Source: the human T2T-CHM13v2.0 reference genome, Homo sapiens
DNA length: 64,000 bases
Assembly (NCBI RefSeq): GCF_009914755.1
Contig: NC_060943.1
Strand: one strand, 5' to 3'
Shown here: piece by piece, positions 1 through 18,635 of the stretch
Position numbering within the stretch: the first letter of the stretch is position 1
How the letters are laid out: the number at the start of each line of letters is the position of its first letter
The notes under the pieces: model-generated
What the model was told of the DNA's origin: nothing
Database searches by the model: none
The model's input: only the letters and a program-made list of their open reading frames with translations
Position numbers and translations under genes: made by a program

Positions 1-878
1 TTGTACGTGGAAGAGAAACAATGCATTTTGGGGACAGCTAGGACTCATGCAGATGAGGTATTGGCTTGCAGCCTGAACCATAATATATATCAGACAGGAG
101 GTATAGCAGTTCCAGATTAAGATCTACGATGGAATATCAAAGGGGCAGTGAGGACTTGGGAGAAGAGATCATATGGTTACTTGTTTGTTGGAAGAGATGA
201 AGAAATGTAAGAAAAACCTTGTTAACAATGAAAAGGTTAAGGAAGTTTCTCAGGGCAAAGACGAGAATCCAGCTTTGTTTCAATAGCATTTAGTTGAGGC
301 AATCAGGAAATATACTAACATGGATCTTGCCTCAAGGTAAAGATAAACCCTTCTGGGAGTCCACTTTATAACCCAGTCTTCCTCTGATATCCATAGAAAA
401 CTAGTAAAAGCAGCTATGGGTCCCCAAACTTCTATGAACAGCTTTGGATATGGCATTTTTAGTTTTTAATAACAGAGGCAAAGTGGAGGAAGGAGAAAGA
501 GGAAGAAGGACCTCCACAAGGTGCAGCTTTTGGCTGCAACCTTAAGCTTACCTCCCATATGGGAGGTTGCCTTCCTAGGTCTTGGCTTGAACAAGGGAAG
601 CTGAAAGGTGAAAAGCCCAAAGCTGGGAATCCGAGTCACTGTGCTTTGGGCATAAATCAGTGTGCACACTGTAAGAAAACAGGCCATTGGAAGAGGGATA
701 GTCCAGTGTTCTGAAGAGAGCCGTCAGCACCCAAACTAATGATGGGTGAAACAGCCAGGCAAGTGCCCAAGAGTGACGGGGCCTGAGACCTTCCATCACA
801 GCTTCCATCAGACAACTAGCCATATATCTGGAGAAGCCTCAGTAACCTTTGCCATGGCAGGTAAGAATATTAATTTTT

Positions 879-1143
879 GCCAGGTGTGGTAGCTCACGCC
901 TGCAATCCTAGCACTTTGGGAGGCCAAGATGGGAGGATCACTTGAGGTCAGGAGTTTGAGAGTAGCCTGGCCAACATGGTGAAACCCCATCTCTACTAAA
1001 AATACGAAAAAAAAAAAATCTGGGAATTGCTTGAATCCAAGAGGCGGAGGTTGTGGTGAGCTGAGATTGTGCCACTGCACTCCAGCCTGGGCAAGAGAGC
1101 GAGACTCTATCTCAAAAAAAAAAAAAAAAAAAAGAAAACAAAA
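879..1143 (+). mobile_element. Alu with internal deletion of part of the right arm
   Basis: Alu consensus, poly(A) tail, TSD aagaatattaa on both sides. Confidence 0.9.
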
Positions 1144-1884
1144 AAGAATATTAACTTTCTTCTGGATGGCTTACTCTGTTTTGACCCATATAATGGGTCT
1201 CTGTTGCCCCAAAACTTCATGGTCACAGGGGTAGACTGAGAAGCCTATAGATGCCATTTTACCTATTCTCCATGCTGTTTTTCAGAGACCTTGGTTTTCT
1301 TACACAACTTTCTTATCATGCCTGGATACCTCAGGGCAGTTGCAGCAACTTCTCTTTTGGTAGATGAATCCAATAAACTGGCTTTAGAACAACACCTGGA
1401 AGTTAAAACCCACACCAAGTACAAGGAGTCCTAGAAGCTAAAGGACACCAGTGGATGACAGGGGGACGCTTATTGAAATAGCAGGCATTTTGCTAGACAC
1501 TCCTGATAAACTACTGATATGAGGTGCTAATCAATAAAAAATAGTTAAACATTTGCATGACTCTACCCATTTGGGAAGAGATTCCCTGTTTCAAATAATG
1601 TCTTGGCTTTTTATAGAAAAAGGATTACTTAAAACAGTAAACTAGGTTACTTGAGCCTGTGAAGGATGTGTCTGGAATAACCCAAATGACCAATGTTTAC
1701 CTCCTCCTTTAGTAAGGCCTATTCAGCATAGACGAACATACCCTGGTGAAGACTGGCAAATAGACTATACTCAGATGACCCCATGTAAAGGGTTTAAATA
1801 TTTATTAGTATTCATTGACACCTTTGGATCGAGGCTTTTCCTACCCGATCTGAAAAGGCAATTGAGATTCCCAAACTCCTGCTA

Positions 1885-2220
<336 letters not shown>

Positions 2221-3616
2221 AGAAATAATTCCTAGATTTGGGCTGCTAAGAAATTACACAGAGATAATGGCTTATTTTTCACAGTGACAAATACACAAAA
2301 CATATCTTGATACCTAGAAATTTAGTACTGCCTTCACTCAGCGTGAAGGCCACAGTCTTCAGTGAACGTAAAAAGAGCTAATCAAACTGAAAAGAGGACT
2401 CTTGCTATGCTATGCCAAGAAATATCAAAGACCTGGCTGTCTTTACTATCTGTAGCCTTATTACAGATTCCAGTGGCCTCTAAGGGAAATCTGCAGCTCA
2501 GCTCTTTTGAAATAATGTATGCAAGGCCTTTTTTAGCTACACGCCTTCTTTACTGTGCCTAATAGACACGGATACTTTCAAGTTACAGAATTATGTGACA
2601 AGTGCAAAACACACTCTGAATATGGAAATCAAAGACTCCTTTCCCCAACTAAGGAAGCTAATCTTGTTATAACCCAGCCAGGAAATTTGGTCCTATTAAA
2701 AACTTGGAAAAAAGGATCCCCAGCAGGTCAACTTTCCCCAAAGTGGAAGGGACCCTATCAAGTTCTCTTTAGTACCCCAACTGCAGTTAAAATTCTGGGA
2801 ATAAATAGCTGGGTCCACTTAACTCGAATTAAACCTGTCTCTTATGAAGTCCTACAGGACGGCAGAACAGAAGAAACTGATCCTGTTTATTCCCATGAGC
2901 CAGTGACCTTTGACTCCTGTTCAGAAGAAATGAAAGGGATGGGTAACATAAAGATATAGATTGGCTTTCTACTTTTGGGAATTAGTTGAAATCATGCAGA
3001 GAGTAACTTATTTACTGAGTGGGCACAGACTTCATCCTGTCTACATAATCGAACAAACTGTTGTGTATGTAGACATTTAAACAGAGACTCAAAAGGAAAC
3101 CTATGCTTTGATCAAAACCAAATGTTTTGTGTGTGCTCCAGACTATTTACATAACATAACCCAGGGCATAAAAGTTTTATGCACTCACATCTCTGCCATT
3201 TATGTGCTATCAGTGAACCATATATCAGTTTGGTTCTAACAACTGCCCACTTCTTGAAAGGCTTTCCTGTTTAGTTTACGTGGAATAATTTTACTAATTT
3301 TGCTTTGCTGTTGTGGAATATATTGTGGTTGTACTCTTTGTGTAGGAATGCAAGACAAGCTCACTAAATGCTTTCTTAAATTGGACGCTTATTAATCTTC
3401 TAGACATCACCTTCTTTTGGAACTAGAAGTTATGAACGACCTTCACCATACCAACACTGTCTGACTGAATTTCTCTCTACCCTGAATGCAAGAGACCAAT
3501 GGTTAGGCAGGAATATTATCGCCCCTAATCAGCCTGAAAAAGTTACAGAAGACGAATCTTTGTCTCTCTGCAACTCTTAGGATTAAGGGTCCTCTTGTAA
3601 AGGAAGGCGAAAAATA

Positions 3617-4900
<1,284 letters not shown>

Positions 4901-5100
4901 ATGGGAAGAGCTTTGGTCCGTGGGGTTTTCAGGCCATTTTTTCCTATTAAAAATTTATGGGCCTCACTGCAAAAACATTAAATAATTTAAAGTGTGATTC
5001 AAAAATTTTAGAGCACCTTGCTGTGGTTTCTAATTTGTATTCCATGGAAGGAAAGGTTTTTATAAGTTTCATCATAAAACCAAATTCCGTAATTGGCTAG

Positions 5101-5452
<352 letters not shown>

Positions 5453-5885
5453 TAATTTTTACAATCAAGGTGGAAATATCATGGTTATGTAATCAGAGCT
5501 TAATTGGCAGTTTATAGTTGGTTAAGCGTTAAGCCTGAATTTTGTTTCTGCCAATGTAGTAATTTACAAAAAAATGCTCTTGAGTTTAGACTTTTTTTTT
5601 AGAAGTAGAAATCCAGGGACTAGAGCCACCTCAATCTAATTTCCTGCCACTTAATGGTTTTCACACTCCACAGGGGACTGATTTTTTCCCTGAATTTTTC
5701 ACAAGTGTCCCAAGCAGGGCCTCAAGTCTGCCCCTCATCCCTTATTCCTCCAGCCTGACTGGCTTGCAGTAAAATACTAAATTTCCAGTTTTGTCTGACG
5801 TTGCCAAATGCCAGTTTCTCCTCTCTAATTGACTTTATCAACTATTTGTCCTTTAGTGTACATATTGATACCTATTTTAATGAAT

Positions 5886-6192
<307 letters not shown>

Positions 6193-6514
6193 TGAATTAA
6201 TTATTTTTTGACAAAGCATTTGATGGCACATTTACAATGATTTTTTTTCTAAATATTTCCTACGAGAATAAAGCAAAGAATAATCTGACACTATTGTAAA
6301 ATATCTGTGTTTTTTTCTTTTATTTTACCTAGTCACAGATATCTTAGAATGTTTTTGGGTCAAGATTTTTTTTTTTTTGGAAACTTCATAGGGTGACGTA
6401 TCTTCAGTCACACTTCAGTTTTAGACAATCAACTAATTGAATGGCCTGACTTGACACATGAGTAAAACATATCTGTACCTTGAAAGGATTTGTTCATTTG
6501 CTTTGACCTAAAGT

Positions 6515-6813
6515 TTATTTATGTATCTTTTTAAGACAGAGTTTCCCTCTGTCACCCAGGCTGGAGTAAAGTGGTGCCATCTCTGCTCACTGCAACCTCC
6601 AAATCCTGACTTCAGGTGATTGTCATGCTTCAGTCTCCCAAGTAGGTGGGATTACAGGTGTGCACCACCACACCCACCTAGTTTTTGTATTCTTAGTAGA
6701 AATGGAGTTTCACCATGCTAGCCAGGCTGGTGTCAAACTTCTGGCCTCAAGTGACTCACCTTCTTTGGCCTCCCAAAGTGCTGTGATTACAGGCATGAGC
6801 CACTGTGCTCAGC
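6515..6813 (-). mobile_element. Alu
   Basis: Antisense Alu consensus. Confidence 0.85.
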
Positions 6814-7440
6814 TGACCTCAGTTTTTTAACTGTGTATTGCATTTTATTAGTAGAGCTTGAAAGGTAAGGAAATATTTACAAAGGCCATAAAAGGTGAGT
6901 TTCAAAAATTAATAATATATTTTACTTGTTGAAAACTTTTACTTTATCTTTCTCAGAGTGAGTTTAGAAATTTTCTCAGGCATGTGCTTTTATGGCTGAG
7001 TGATTTCATACAGAAGTCCATCTAGCTTTTAGAATGGTAGCTACCAAAGAAAAAAAGAAAAAAAAAAAAAATCTCTGTTCAATTTCAGCTGTAGACAATG
7101 AATACATTTCCCCAAAAAATGTGGTAGATAATTGGTGAGTTACATATATTACTGAAAACTTCAGTTCCTTTTTTTTAGCAGGGTAAAATTTTGACAGTGA
7201 ATATCTTTATTCTGTATCCTTTTTTGTTTGTTTACTACCTGATTTTTAATACAAATAATAAAATAATACATTTACTGTCTGAAAGGAATACATAGTTTTG
7301 CTTTTCTTACTGAGGTATAAAATGTAAGCACCTTAAAATGTTCTTTCGTTATATGAACACCGAGGAATTTTGCTGATTTTTTCTAACAGTTTTAGTTTCA
7401 AAAATGAAATTAATAACTAACATGGAAATTAAAGCTTAAG

Positions 7441-7871
7441 CTGCAGGAGGGTGCCCCTTGTAGGTTGCCATGAGAGTAAGCAGGAACAAAGGAAAGTAGA
7501 GGGGTTTTATTACCTCTAAGCAGCTTGTCCTTCTTACTGTGTCCTGTCTCCATTGGCTGGAGTTGGATGGCACAATCCAGTTGGCTAAACCCGGTTGGCT
7601 AACTTGAAAAGTGCAGGAATGCGGTTATACCTGTGGCAAGGCAGGAAGATCAGTTTCGGTGGAAGTAGCCCTTGTGACGGGAGGGGTAATTCACAGAGTG
7701 GGTAGCAGGTGTGGGATGTGGCTCCATACATAAGAACTGGCGAGAAGGTTGTTTACCAGGGAAGGGGGAACACAGAGAGTAAGGAAGTCTGGCCTTGAAA
7801 GCAAGGGAAAAAAGGGCAAAGAAACTTAAGCAAGCTAAACTTTTGAAGAATAATTTCTTACAGTATTCAAC
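7441..7871 (-). mobile_element. LTR10-family-like (HERV-I) LTR fragment
   Basis: Minus strand begins TGTTGAATACTGTAAGAAATTATTCTTCAAA; paired TTAGCCAA/CAGCCAATGG boxes as recalled for LTR10. Confidence 0.55.
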
Positions 7872-8909
7872 ATCTATGCATTACACGATTAAGAAAAGGC
7901 TCATTTAAACAGGATGGCATTTATTACCCAGAAAGTTCTGAAAAAACTGTCGGGAGATACCTGCTTATTAGGGTGCTAAAAAAAGGCCACTTAAAATCAC
8001 TATTAAAAATTGTAGAACATGGAAGATATCTGTATCTTGGACTTTCCATAAAAATGATGTTTTCTTAGGGCTAAATTCAGACTGTAATTTGCTTTAGTGG
8101 GGGTAATACCTCAGTAGTGATGCTGTGTCCTGCGTGCATCAGCACACTATAAAGACTTGTCCTAGTGCAGTTGATGTTAATTCCATAAGCTCTCTTACAG
8201 AATTTTTCTTTATGGAGTTATTTTTCTCTTCATCATTAAGTATCTTCATGCAGCTGATGTGCATAAACCATCACACTTAAATGGCAGCTGCCTGTTTTTT
8301 TTAGGTATTCTTTGCATTTATCTTTTGTTGGTAAATGAAAGCTCTCATCTTTGTTTACAGGCCAGAAAAACTGAAAAAAAAAACACGACTCTTCCACTTA
8401 CTGGATGTTTGACAAAATAGTCTTTTGGGGCCAAAACATTTGCATTACTAATGAGCTTGATAGAGATTCAGTAACTCAGACTTTATTTCAGATCTTCTGA
8501 AAAAATACTCTGCATTAACGAGATGTCCAGTTTATTGTACACATTTAAATTTGAGTGGTACCTTCTAACTCAACATGTTTATTTTGTCTGAAAAATATAA
8601 ACAGCTGTCTTTTTCATCTGAAAAATATACACAACTCATTCAGTATTATGTAAATACTGTACTCAAAAATGTACATGTTAGTACATTTTTACACTTTATC
8701 ATTCAGAAAAGTATCATATATACACTGATGTTCTGGATATTATGCCAGTCTCTTTTCTCAGAGTTAGAGAATACATTAGAAAATGTTTGTGTTTTGACAA
8801 TTATTTTATTGGATAATTTCAGTCCCTCTTATAAGTTAGAATCAATTCTATTCACTTTCTGATTTTACCTTGAGTCAAATGAAAAATTCTGCCCATAGCC
8901 ACTTTGTAA

Positions 8910-9095
<186 letters not shown>

Positions 9096-9516
9096 TAAAC
9101 TAAAGCTTTTATTTTTCTTTTGTAGTATGTTTTCTGGTAATTTATGCTTTCCTATTTCTGTTTTCAAGAAAATCCTGGGGATTTGTCTGTTTAGAAAAAA
9201 TTTCTTCAAGATGTTTCATCCTGACCTGAAATTTCCACATTCCTGAGCTGATCTGTGTCTTTCGCTTTAGATTAGTGGTAATTTCAGAACCTTAGTGGCA
9301 TAAAATATTGTTATTCACACCTTAAAATCCAAGTGCCATTACCAATTTTTGCTTCAGTAGTACCAGGCAGTGAAATTAAGAACCTACAAAATTAAAATAT
9401 TCTGTAAATATTTAAAAATTTCTGTTATAAATTAGTATATGGGATAAATTTATTAGAATATTCTATTATATCCCTTTTACTTTGCACATTACTAAGTTGG
9501 TAATTGGAGAATATGA

Positions 9517-9651
<135 letters not shown>

Positions 9652-9919
9652 TGAGAGTGAATACAACAGATGACCTGGATGAGAGGTCCAACGTCAAGAA
9701 GAAAGCCAGTCTTTAAAGTGATTTGGAAAGCTGCATTCCAAAGGAAACCGTTTCTGGAAAGCCTGAAATTTAAAAAAAAATATACTCTCAGATAGGGGCA
9801 TCTTCTGCTTATGCTTATAAAATCTCTAAGAATTCTACTCTCCCTTCAATGATCTTCCTTAACGTTTACAGTGACAGCCAAAGTACTGTTCATGGCATAT
9901 AAAAGAGTGTACAATCTGA

Positions 9920-10276
<357 letters not shown>

Positions 10277-10399
10277 TCTCTTTTTGCACAAGAGTAGTGG
10301 TTTCTGTTTCATTAGGGGTTTTTTTTTGTTTGTTTGTTTTTCTGCTCATTTCATCCTGTTTTTTTTCTTGCTTTCTTTTTTTTTTTTGTTTATTTAATA

Positions 10400-10540
10400 T
10401 GGCCGTTTTTACTTCCTGCAGAAAGGGTATACTCGCCAGCAGTTTTGCCATGAGAGTACACTGAGCAAAGGAGACAGGGTCATTTATAACCTGATGTGTC
10501 CACTCTACTGCTGTGTCCAGTTTCCACTGGCTGGAACGGG
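10400..10540 (-). mobile_element. Short LTR10-family-like fragment
   Basis: Minus strand CCAGCCAGTGGAAACTGGACACAGCAGTAG..GGTTATAAATGACCCTGTCTCC, similar to the 7441-7560 segment. Confidence 0.5.
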
Positions 10541-10579
10541 CATCCTGTTTTCATTACTATAGCCTTGAAATATAGTTTG

Positions 10580-10883
<304 letters not shown>

Positions 10884-12963
10884 TTATAAAGTATAATGTC
10901 CTTCTGCTTTGTTCTTTTTCCTCAAGATTGCTTTGGCTATTCAAAATTTATTGTGGTTTCGTGTACATTTTAGGATTGTAATTTTCATTACTGTGAAAAA
11001 CTGGAATTTTGACAGGGAGTTTATTGAGTCTAGAGATCACCTTAGATAATATGGCAGTTTCACAATACTTATTCTTTCAATAGAAATAAAATATTTTTAA
11101 ATTTATTTGTGTCCTCTCTAATTTTTTTATTGCTATATCTTTCACTTAAAAGATTTATGAGCTGCTTGGTTAAATTTGTTCTAAAATTGATTATTTTATT
11201 GCTATTGTAAATAATGTTTTTTCCTCTATTTTATCAGAGAGATGGTTTTAAGTGTATGGAATGATAACTTATAATTGTATGTTAATTTCATATTTTGCTA
11301 ATCAACTGAGTGTATTAATTAGTTTAAAGAGGTTTTAATGTACTTTTTTATATGTAAGATGACATAATCTACAAACAGTGACGTTTTACTTATTGGTCTT
11401 CAATTTCAATGACTTTAAATTTTTGTTTTGACTACTTCTTAATTCACATACTTTCAGTGCTATGTTAAAATAGAAGCATTGACAATAAGAGACAATAGTA
11501 TTGCGTTGGTGTCTGTAAATTTGAAGGAGCAAACACCTCTTCAGAATTTTATAAACTGGTTTCAGAAACTAAAAATCTATTTTCGTTGTACCCCCAGGGT
11601 GATAGAATATCCTCTGGGTTTGTAGTGAAGAGGGGTTGTAGCTTGGTCTTAAGTCTGCTGGGTTTGCACAAGGGTCCACTTTTAGTTGTCTTGTTAAACA
11701 GGGCTTGGATATTTGTAATTCTCATTTAAATTTTAGACAGAGTGAGTATCCTTCAGGACTTTGCTCTGAAGGGCAGACCCAAGGGCAGGTTTCTGCAGTC
11801 AGGTCTGTATATGGTGTTCTTTATATCAGGATGTGGATGAGCATGGCTTTCACCCAGTACAAGAGAGGATTTTCCCAGGTCACTTTGGATTTCTACATAG
11901 GCAGAACTGGCCATGAACTGTGGCTCAGGGAGCTGGAACTGAGTCATGGAACTGCTTCAGGGACCACAGGAAAGGCCAAGGTCTGAGGCCTGCCATCATG
12001 GCTATAAATGGAGGTCTTCCTCCAGGCCTCTGGAAGGGCAGGACCCACGCTGCCCATTGGCTCCCAAGACTGTGGCTGTGAAGAGTTTGGGATGGTTACA
12101 GAGTAAGTTTAAAATTCTCAGTGGAACCAAGTTAGGTGGAGCACTTTCTTGTCTGTAGCCAAAAACAGTGGTCATGTAGTTTGCAACCTGAACGGAGGCC
12201 TGCCTTCTAAACAGAATTACCTTGAATCTTGGGCTTTAGCAGAATTTCACAACTCCTTTCCTGGATCTCAGAGCTCTCTTAAAGGCATTTATTTTTGAGA
12301 TGAGGTCTTGCTACATAATCCAGGCAAGTCTTAATATTTTGACCTCAAGCAGTTCTTCAACTGTAATGTACCATGTAGTTTTCATTACAGGTGTGAACCA
12401 TGATGCCTGGTTCTCTCATAAAAGCATTTTTGTCAGGAATGGATGACAAATTTTCTTGCTGTCAGGGGATAAGCAAATAGGTCACCTTTTTTTTTTTTTA
12501 TCTTATTAATGCCACTCTCCATATAAATTTTTACTTTCTATTTTCTACTTCAAATTTGTCTGTAATTTTAGATTCAGACATTTAGGACAATATACTAGAA
12601 TTTACATGTTGTTCCTGAATTAAATTAGATAATACGCAGGCAGGCAAAAAGGAATTACAGAATTTTCAACCACTTTTGTCAGCCTATAACTAAATAACAT
12701 AATTTATTCCCCAAATATTTGTTTCACATATGAGGCTCTAACCATATTCTGCTAAATATATATATAATTAAGCAATGTAAGGCTATTCTTTGCTTCTAAA
12801 CTTGGATTACAGTAGTTTTATTTTGTGTAAAAATAGCATATATTTAAAACATAAAAATTGGCATGAATTTCTTTTAAATGCTTATCTATTAAAAGTTTCT
12901 CATTAGCATCTCCTATTTATGATTGTACTGCATTTTCTCTGAAATTTTATTGCCATACAATAG

Positions 12964-13251
<288 letters not shown>

Positions 13252-13609
13252 TAAAATGCCTGCCTTCCATGAATGCACAGTTACAGTCAAACATTGCAGT
13301 TATCTAGACAAATTATTTGTTAATGTACATAAATGTTGCCAACTAGTTGTAATGAGTAAACATTTCTGTTATTGTGTTGCAGTTTTATATTAGTGTTTTT
13401 TGTAGTGTAAGTTTCCTAACATCAGTTTATTGTGCCTATTGGTTTTTTCTTATATATTATGTTTTGTATACTTTAAGTTAATGTGGAGTTTAATTAAAAG
13501 ATAAATGAGCCATGTCTATCACAGTCAAATTATATATATGTGTGTGTGTTTATATCTATAAATATGACCCCAATTTTGGTTATACCTTGTATATATTCTT
13601 TCTTAGCTC

Positions 13610-13917
13610 TTTTTTTTTTTTCTTTGAGAGGAAGTTTTACTCTTGTTGCCGAGGCTGAAGTGTAATGCACGATCTTGACTCACTGCAACCTCTGTCTCCC
13701 GGGTTCAAGTAATTCTCCTGCCTCAGCCTCCTGAGTAGCTGGGATTACAGGCACATGCCACCACACCTGGCTAATTTTGTATTTTTTTTTTTTTTTTAGT
13801 AGAAATGGTATTTCTCCATGTTGGTCAGGCTGGTCTCAAACTCCTGACCTCAGTTGAAATGCCCACCTTGGCCTCTGAAAGTGCTGGGATTACAGGCGTG
13901 AGCCGCCTTGCCTGGCC
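13610..13917 (-). mobile_element. Alu
   Basis: Antisense Alu consensus. Confidence 0.9.
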
Positions 13918-14165
13918 TCTTAGCTCATTTTCAATGTTGGTTTTATCTTGTCTAAGTTAGTAGCCTTGGAAATAGTCTTATTTTCACCATGTGTTTAATG
14001 ATGAATATATATTTCCTTTGTGTGAGATAATTCTTTTGTGATTTGAAGGTAATTTTTAAAAAAGATTCATAATCCTGTATTGTCTCCAGTTTTTTAAAAA
14101 ATAATTGTTTTAAAAAAACATAACATATAATTTACCTTCTTAAATCCATTTAAATGTACATGTCA

Positions 14166-14467
14166 GGGCGAGGCAATGTGGTGGATCCCTTCTGTAAAAC
14201 CAGGATTTTGAGAGGCCGGGACAGGAGGTTTGCTTGAGCCCAAAAGATTGAGACCAACCTGGGTAAAATATGGAGACACCCTCTCTACAGATATTTTTTT
14301 CTAAGAAATAGCAAGGCATGGTGGTGTGCACCTGTGGTCCCAGCTACTTGAGAGTTTGAGGGTCAGGATTACTTGACGCTGGGAGTGTGAGGCTGCAGTG
14401 AGCCATAATTGTCCCATTGTACTCAAACTTGGGTGACAGATTGAGACCTTGTCTTAAAAAAAAAAAA
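14166..14467 (+). mobile_element. Alu (AluJ-like, diverged)
   Basis: Alu consensus with poly(A). Confidence 0.85.
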
Positions 14468-14914
14468 GTGTATATTTCAGGCATATCATGTATATTCACA
14501 TTGTTATGCAAAAGACTTCTAGAAATTTTACATCTTGTAAAACTAAAACTCAATATCCATTAAATAACATTTACCCATTTTATGCTCTCTTTAGCCCTTG
14601 AGAAGCACTTTTCCACTTTCTGTTTTTACAAGTGTAATTGTCTTATATATCTAAGTGAAATCGTAACATCCATCATTTCTTTACTGGTTTATTTCAGTTG
14701 GCATAATATTCTCAAAGTGTATCTTCAAATGTGACGATTTTTTTCAAGGCTGAATAATATTCCATTGTATCAAATATGTCTTCAGGTTCCTATGTTATGT
14801 ATTTTAGATATAGATTCATAAATGGAATCACTTTATTTAATAATTTATATTATTTGAAGTACATTTATAACATTATAAAATAATTGGTACATCTTTATTT
14901 TCCACCGACAATCA

Positions 14915-15055
14915 ACCCAACTAACTTTTGTATTTTTAGTAGAGACGGGATTTCACCATGTTGGTCAGGCTGGTCTCAAACTCCTGACGTCAGGATTCAC
15001 CCACCTCTGCCTCCCAAAGTGCTGGGATTACAGGCTTGAGCCACCACGCCCGGCC
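14915..15055 (-). mobile_element. Alu left-arm fragment
   Basis: Antisense Alu 5' half only. Confidence 0.85.
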
Positions 15056-15267
15056 AAGGGTTTTATTTTTATTGCATCATCAACAGATTTGGTGTTTTCA
15101 AAAAATTGATAGTGGCCATTTAAATGAGTGTGAGGGGATTTTGTTTTTTATTATGACTTTTATGCATTTCTCTACAAATTAGTTTTGAGTGTCCTTTCAA
15201 ATTTTTGAAGAAAATTTATTTCAATTTGTCTATTTCTAAATAAAGTTATTCAATTTGATTGTTCAGT

Positions 15268-15578
15268 TTTTCTTTTCTTTTTTTTTTTTTTTTTTTGGGA
15301 GATGAAGTCTTGCTCTGTCACCCAGGCTGAAGTGCAATGGTGAGATCTCGGCTCCCTGCAACCTCCGCCTCCTGGGTTCAAGCGATTCTCCCACCTCAGC
15401 CTTGTGAGTAGCTGAAATAACAGGCGTGTGCCACCATGCCTGGCTCATTTTTGTATTTTTAGTAGAGACAGAGTTTCACCATGTTGGTCAGGATGGTCTG
15501 GAACACCTGTCCTCGTGATCCGCCTGCCTCTGCCTTTCAGTGTGCTGCAATTACAGGTGTGAGCCACCACGCCCGGCT
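15268..15578 (-). mobile_element. Alu
   Basis: Antisense Alu consensus. Confidence 0.9.
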
Positions 15579-15832
15579 ATTGTTTGGTTTTAAAAGTTTA
15601 TAGTTTTTGAATATTGACTCCCATCACATGTAATTTGTAAATATTTTCACCCATTTTCTAGAATGCATTATCCATCTTTTAAATATTTATATGTGCAGAA
15701 ATGTTGAAGTGTAGTGTAGTTAAATTTTTTGTTTTTTTCTTTGGTGCTCATGCATTTAATTTTATATCTAAGAAAATGGCCCCAAGACTGATGTCGTGTT
15801 TTCCCTATATATTTTAAAGAGATTAAGAAGTT

Positions 15833-16153
15833 ATCCGGTCGGGTGCGGTGGCTCATGCCTGTAATCCCAGCGCTTTGAGAGGCTGAGGTGGGCGGATCAT
15901 AAGGACAGGAGTTCAAGACAAGCCTGGCCAACGTGGTGAAACCCCGTCTCTACTAAAAATACAAAAAAATTAGCTGAGCGTGATGGCGTGCATGTTAATC
16001 CCAGCAACTCAGGAGGTTGAGGTGGGAGAATCACTTGAACCCAGGAGGCGGAGGTTGTAGTGAGCCGAGACCATGCCACTGCACTCCACCTGGGCTGCAC
16101 TCCAGCCTGGGCAACAGAGCAAGACTCTGTTCCAAAAAAAAAAAAAAAAAAAA
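15833..16153 (+). mobile_element. Alu with small internal duplication near the 3' end
   Basis: Alu consensus; repeated ctgcactcca..ctggg at ~16079-16112; TSD aagttatc. Confidence 0.9.
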
Positions 16154-16488
16154 GTTATCTTCCTATGTCTAATGAAAAGATTTTTCACATATGGTATAGA
16201 GAAATAATCGAACTTCATTTTATCGTTATGGATGTTCAGCTTTCAACATAATTTTTTGAAAAGATTATCTTTTTTCTACTGTGTGCTCATGTTAATTTTG
16301 TGGGAGATTATTTGGCCTTACACAGAAGGGTTCATTTCTGGGCTCTCTATTCTGTTCTTTCATCTCTTTATCTGTCTTTGTGTCAGTACCAAATTGTTTT
16401 TGTTATTGTTGATTTTAATGTGTTTCAAAATCAGAAAATATAATGTCTCTGTTGTTTTTCATGGGTGTTTGTCTATAGTTCATAATAA

Positions 16489-16830
<342 letters not shown>

Positions 16831-16980
16831 ATAAAAATTATATTAAATATGTCTACCACTGTAGGTTGTATTGACATTTTGAAAAATTAATGTTTTTTTA
16901 TTCCTGAGCAAAAATATGTTGAAAAGTGTGTTTTATTTTTATATATTTTTATATTGTTCAGTTTTACTTTTAATTTCTAG

Positions 16981-17347
<367 letters not shown>

Positions 17348-17474
17348 CATTCTTAAATTTGATAAAACTTAGTATGTGTCCTAACAGAATACACCAGCTG
17401 CAAATAAGAATATTGTGTATTTTCTTGCTTTTGACTGGAAAGTTCTGTACTCATCTGTTAAACCTAGTTGGTCT

Positions 17475-17880
17475 ATAATATGGTTTTGATGTTCATGTCC
17501 TCCAAACCTTATGATTAAATGCAATTTTTAATGTTGGATGTGAGACCTGGTGGGAGGTGTTTGGGTCATGGGGGCAAAGTCCTCATAGATAGCTTGGCAC
17601 CATCCTCTCAGTAATGAAAATGTTTATACTCCATTAATTCAAATGAAAGCAGGTTTATTAGAAGAACCTGGCTCCTTCGCCTCATACTTGCTCTGTCTCT
17701 CATCATGTAATATGTGCAGTTACTCTTCGCCTTCAATCATGACTGTAAGCTTGGTGACACTCTCACCAGAAGCAGATGCTGGCACACTTTCTACAGTCTG
17801 CTAAATTGTGAGCCAAATAAATATTATTTCTTTATAAGTTATCCACTCTCCAGTATTCACCTATATGCAAAATAATTGAT
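17475..17880 (+). mobile_element. MaLR solo LTR (MST-like)
   Basis: TATGGTTT..GGTGGGAGGTGTTTGGGTCATGGGGGC..CCAGAAGCAGATGCTGGC..GAGCCAAATAAA pattern. Confidence 0.75.
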
Positions 17881-18058
17881 ACAGTCTATAATGTTGTCTA
17901 GGTTTTCTGTTTTCTTATTTTTTGTTTAATGTGAATTTTCTATTACGGAAAATGGGGTCTTGATGTCTACAATTATTATGTTGCTATGTATTTCTTGCTT
18001 TACTTTTGTCAATATTTACTTTATATATTTTGGAGCCCTGATATTGTACATACACATA

Positions 18059-18092
18059 CAGATAGATAGAGAGATAGATAGATAGATAGATA
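18059..18092 (+). repeat. (GATA)n microsatellite
   Basis: Direct reading. Confidence 0.85.
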
Positions 18093-18349
18093 TAGTAGTT
18101 ATACATTTGTGGTAATATCAACCCATTTTACCAATATATACTACCAATGTTTGTCTCACGTTAGCACTTGACTTAAAATATATTATGTCTAAAACCCAAG
18201 TGTAGTTACTATTTTCATAAAATACAGGTTTTTGCACTATGTAATTTTCAGCCTATTTGACTCAGTGCTAAAATGAGTCCCTTGTAGGTGGCATATGGTT
18301 TGCTTTTTCTTAAGCCACTAAAGCATTTTATTTTTTCTTTTTATAATTT

Positions 18350-18635
18350 CATTTATTTACTTGTTTATTCATTTATTTTTGAGATAGGTCTCACTCTGTC
18401 AACCAGGCTGGTTTGCAGTGTTGTGATCATGGCTCACAGCAGCCTCAGTTTCTCAAACTCAGAAGATTCTCTCATTTCAGCCTCTCAGGTAGCTGGGTTA
18501 CAAGTGTGTAGCATCACACCTAGCTAGTTTTTTTTGTATTTATGGTTGAGACAGTTTTGCCGCGTTGCCAAGGCTGGTCTCAAACTTCTGAGATCCAGTG
18601 ATCAGCCCATCTTAACCTCTCAAAGTCCTGAGATT
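18350..18635 (-). mobile_element. Alu (AluJ-like)
   Basis: Diverged antisense Alu. Confidence 0.8.

Noticed and set aside
11590-12300. GC-richer intronic block as a possible exon or small gene
   Set aside because: No recognisable protein; looks like an old repeat remnant (possibly L1 5' region) that I cannot name confidently
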